Part shown: in pieces, positions 62,724 through 63,796 of the stretch
Layout of the letters: the number at the start of each line of letters is the position of its first letter
Numbering within the stretch: position 1 is the stretch's first letter
Assembly (NCBI GenBank): GCA_001179505.1
Contig: CDMY01000501.1
Span: 1 to 63,796, forward strand
Direction of reading: 5' to 3'
DNA from: Vitrella brassicaformis CCMP3155
Lineage: Eukaryota > Protista > Chromerida
DNA: 63,796 nt
Position numbers and translations under genes: made by a program
The notes under the pieces: model-generated
What the model saw: only the letters and a program-made list of their open reading frames with translations
What the model was told of the DNA's origin: nothing
Databases searched by the model: none

Positions 62724-63534
62724 AAAGGGGTCTTGGTTGAGAGGGAAACGCACTAATGCGCTCACCGGTAATGGTGGGTTGGTATTTCTGGCAGAAGTCA
62801 GCCACCATGGCGGACACCCGCAAGTTCTGAATCGGCTGGATGTCACACGCGACGATCTCAGCAATCTCCCTCACCTGCACAGCACAGACAGATAAACACT
62901 GGTGTGTGTTTGTGTGTCAATGGACGATGTGTCTGCTCACCGCGGCTCTCTTGTGCGGATCGTTTGGCAGCAGCTTGGGCGCCGACGGCCGGGTGTCTTC
63001 CAGGTACTCGATGATGGCCGTCGACTGACGCAACATCTGCACACACACACACACACAGGCAGTGCATCCATCGTGTGCAGAAAGGAGGCCATTCCTTCAT
63101 GCCCCCTCCCTCTCCCTCCCTCGATCCACCATGCACTCACTCACGTGCCCATCAATCATCAGCGAAGGCACCTGAAGCAGACACACACCACACACAGAGA
63201 GAGAGGGCGAATAAATGAATTCCTGCATGTGCCGCTATCTATCCACCGTCGTACCATTGCGGACGGGTTCACAGCCATGTAGGTGGGGTCTTTCTGCTCG
63301 CCCGTGTAGATGTTGACGAACTTCATCCTGACAGACACACGCAGGAGGGAGGAGGAGAGTGCCGCAGACAGAGTGAGTGAGTGCATCGGTCTGTCTTCTC
63401 TCTCTGTGCTGTGCTGTTCTGTGCACGGCCACATGTGCAGCTCACTCGTAAGGGATCTTTTTGATGTTGAGGGCGATTCGCACGCGGTAGGCGCACGACG
63501 AGCGGAAATACGAGTAAAGCACCGTCTCGGACAT
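62211..63534 (-). CDS. GSTZ1: Glutathione S-transferase zeta / maleylacetoacetate isomerase
   Basis: LYSYFRSSCAYRVRIAL (zeta-class SSC motif), VNPSAMVPSL, QSTAIIEYLEDT, ACDIQPIQNLRV, YCVGNGITLADVFLAPQV, AFVKAHPHSQPDCP. Confidence 0.95.
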
Positions 63535-63693
63535 CTCTATATATAGAGATCTCTCTCTGTGAGTGGCTCTCGCTCCTGGCTTCCTGTCTGCAGACTGGCA
63601 GAAACAACATGACCACACGCAGCGGACGAGAATGAATGATGAGTGCCCGTCAGTCAAGGCCAACGTACGTATGCCGACGCGATGGCGTACCTT

Positions 63694-63796
63694 TTGTCAG
63701 AAGTGCAAGTCGGTCCAGGGTTTAGGGTCTAGGGTTCATAGACCGACGATCCACTGATCTGTGAGACAGGACGGCTGTTGAGTCTTTGTCCGTTCC
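63694..63796. mobile_element. Second, inverted copy of the repeat at 1-480, cut by the window end
   Basis: Exact reverse complement of 378-480. Confidence 0.6.

Noticed and set aside
1-63796. Whole window as one giant transposon bounded by inverted repeats
   Set aside because: The interior is ordinary intron-rich housekeeping genes with no transposase, integrase or capsid gene. Two independent insertions or scaffold ends are more economical.
1-63796. tRNA or rRNA genes
   Set aside because: No cloverleaf with T-loop GTTCRA context or rRNA-conserved sequence was recognised by eye; tRNAscan-SE and barrnap would be needed to exclude them formally.

Overview
Eukaryotic, intron-rich, GC-rich genomic DNA. 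Introns and intergenic spacers are packed with (GT/AC)n, (CTGT/ACAG)n, (GGAT/ATCC)n and (CT/AG)n microsatellites. That style, bipartite signal-plus-transit leaders on several genes and recognisable lineage-expanded families point to a chromerid alga, most likely Vitrella brassicaformis (inference, not database-checked). About 20 spliced genes are supported: CCT1/TCP1-alpha, HOP2, a long coiled-coil protein, a plastid-type trigger-factor-N protein, a UFD1-like/TRAF-zinc-finger/AZUL protein, a frameshifted TLDc gene, MEMO1, a Lon-N-like protein, a class I methyltransferase, a trypsin-like protease ORF, RNase Z, a BK/Slo-type K+ channel, RRS1, PIMT, GST-zeta and several orphans. Many are in tight head-to-head pairs. 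There are two 300-N gaps; no tRNA, rRNA or CRISPR array was seen. The most notable unexplained structure is: (1) repeated local copying of gene 5' ends (the CCT1 core promoter, exon 1 of the UFD1-like gene, a signal-peptide segment) into new chimeric contexts; (2) an oriented AAGCTCGC motif at most divergent promoters, plus telomere-like AAACCCTA motifs upstream of other genes; (3) two long near-perfect stem-loops, one about 90 nt downstream of the promoter motif; (4) complementary microsatellites at the two ends of introns; (5) an identical inverted 103-nt repeat at both window ends. Exon boundaries were read by eye and are approximate where stated.
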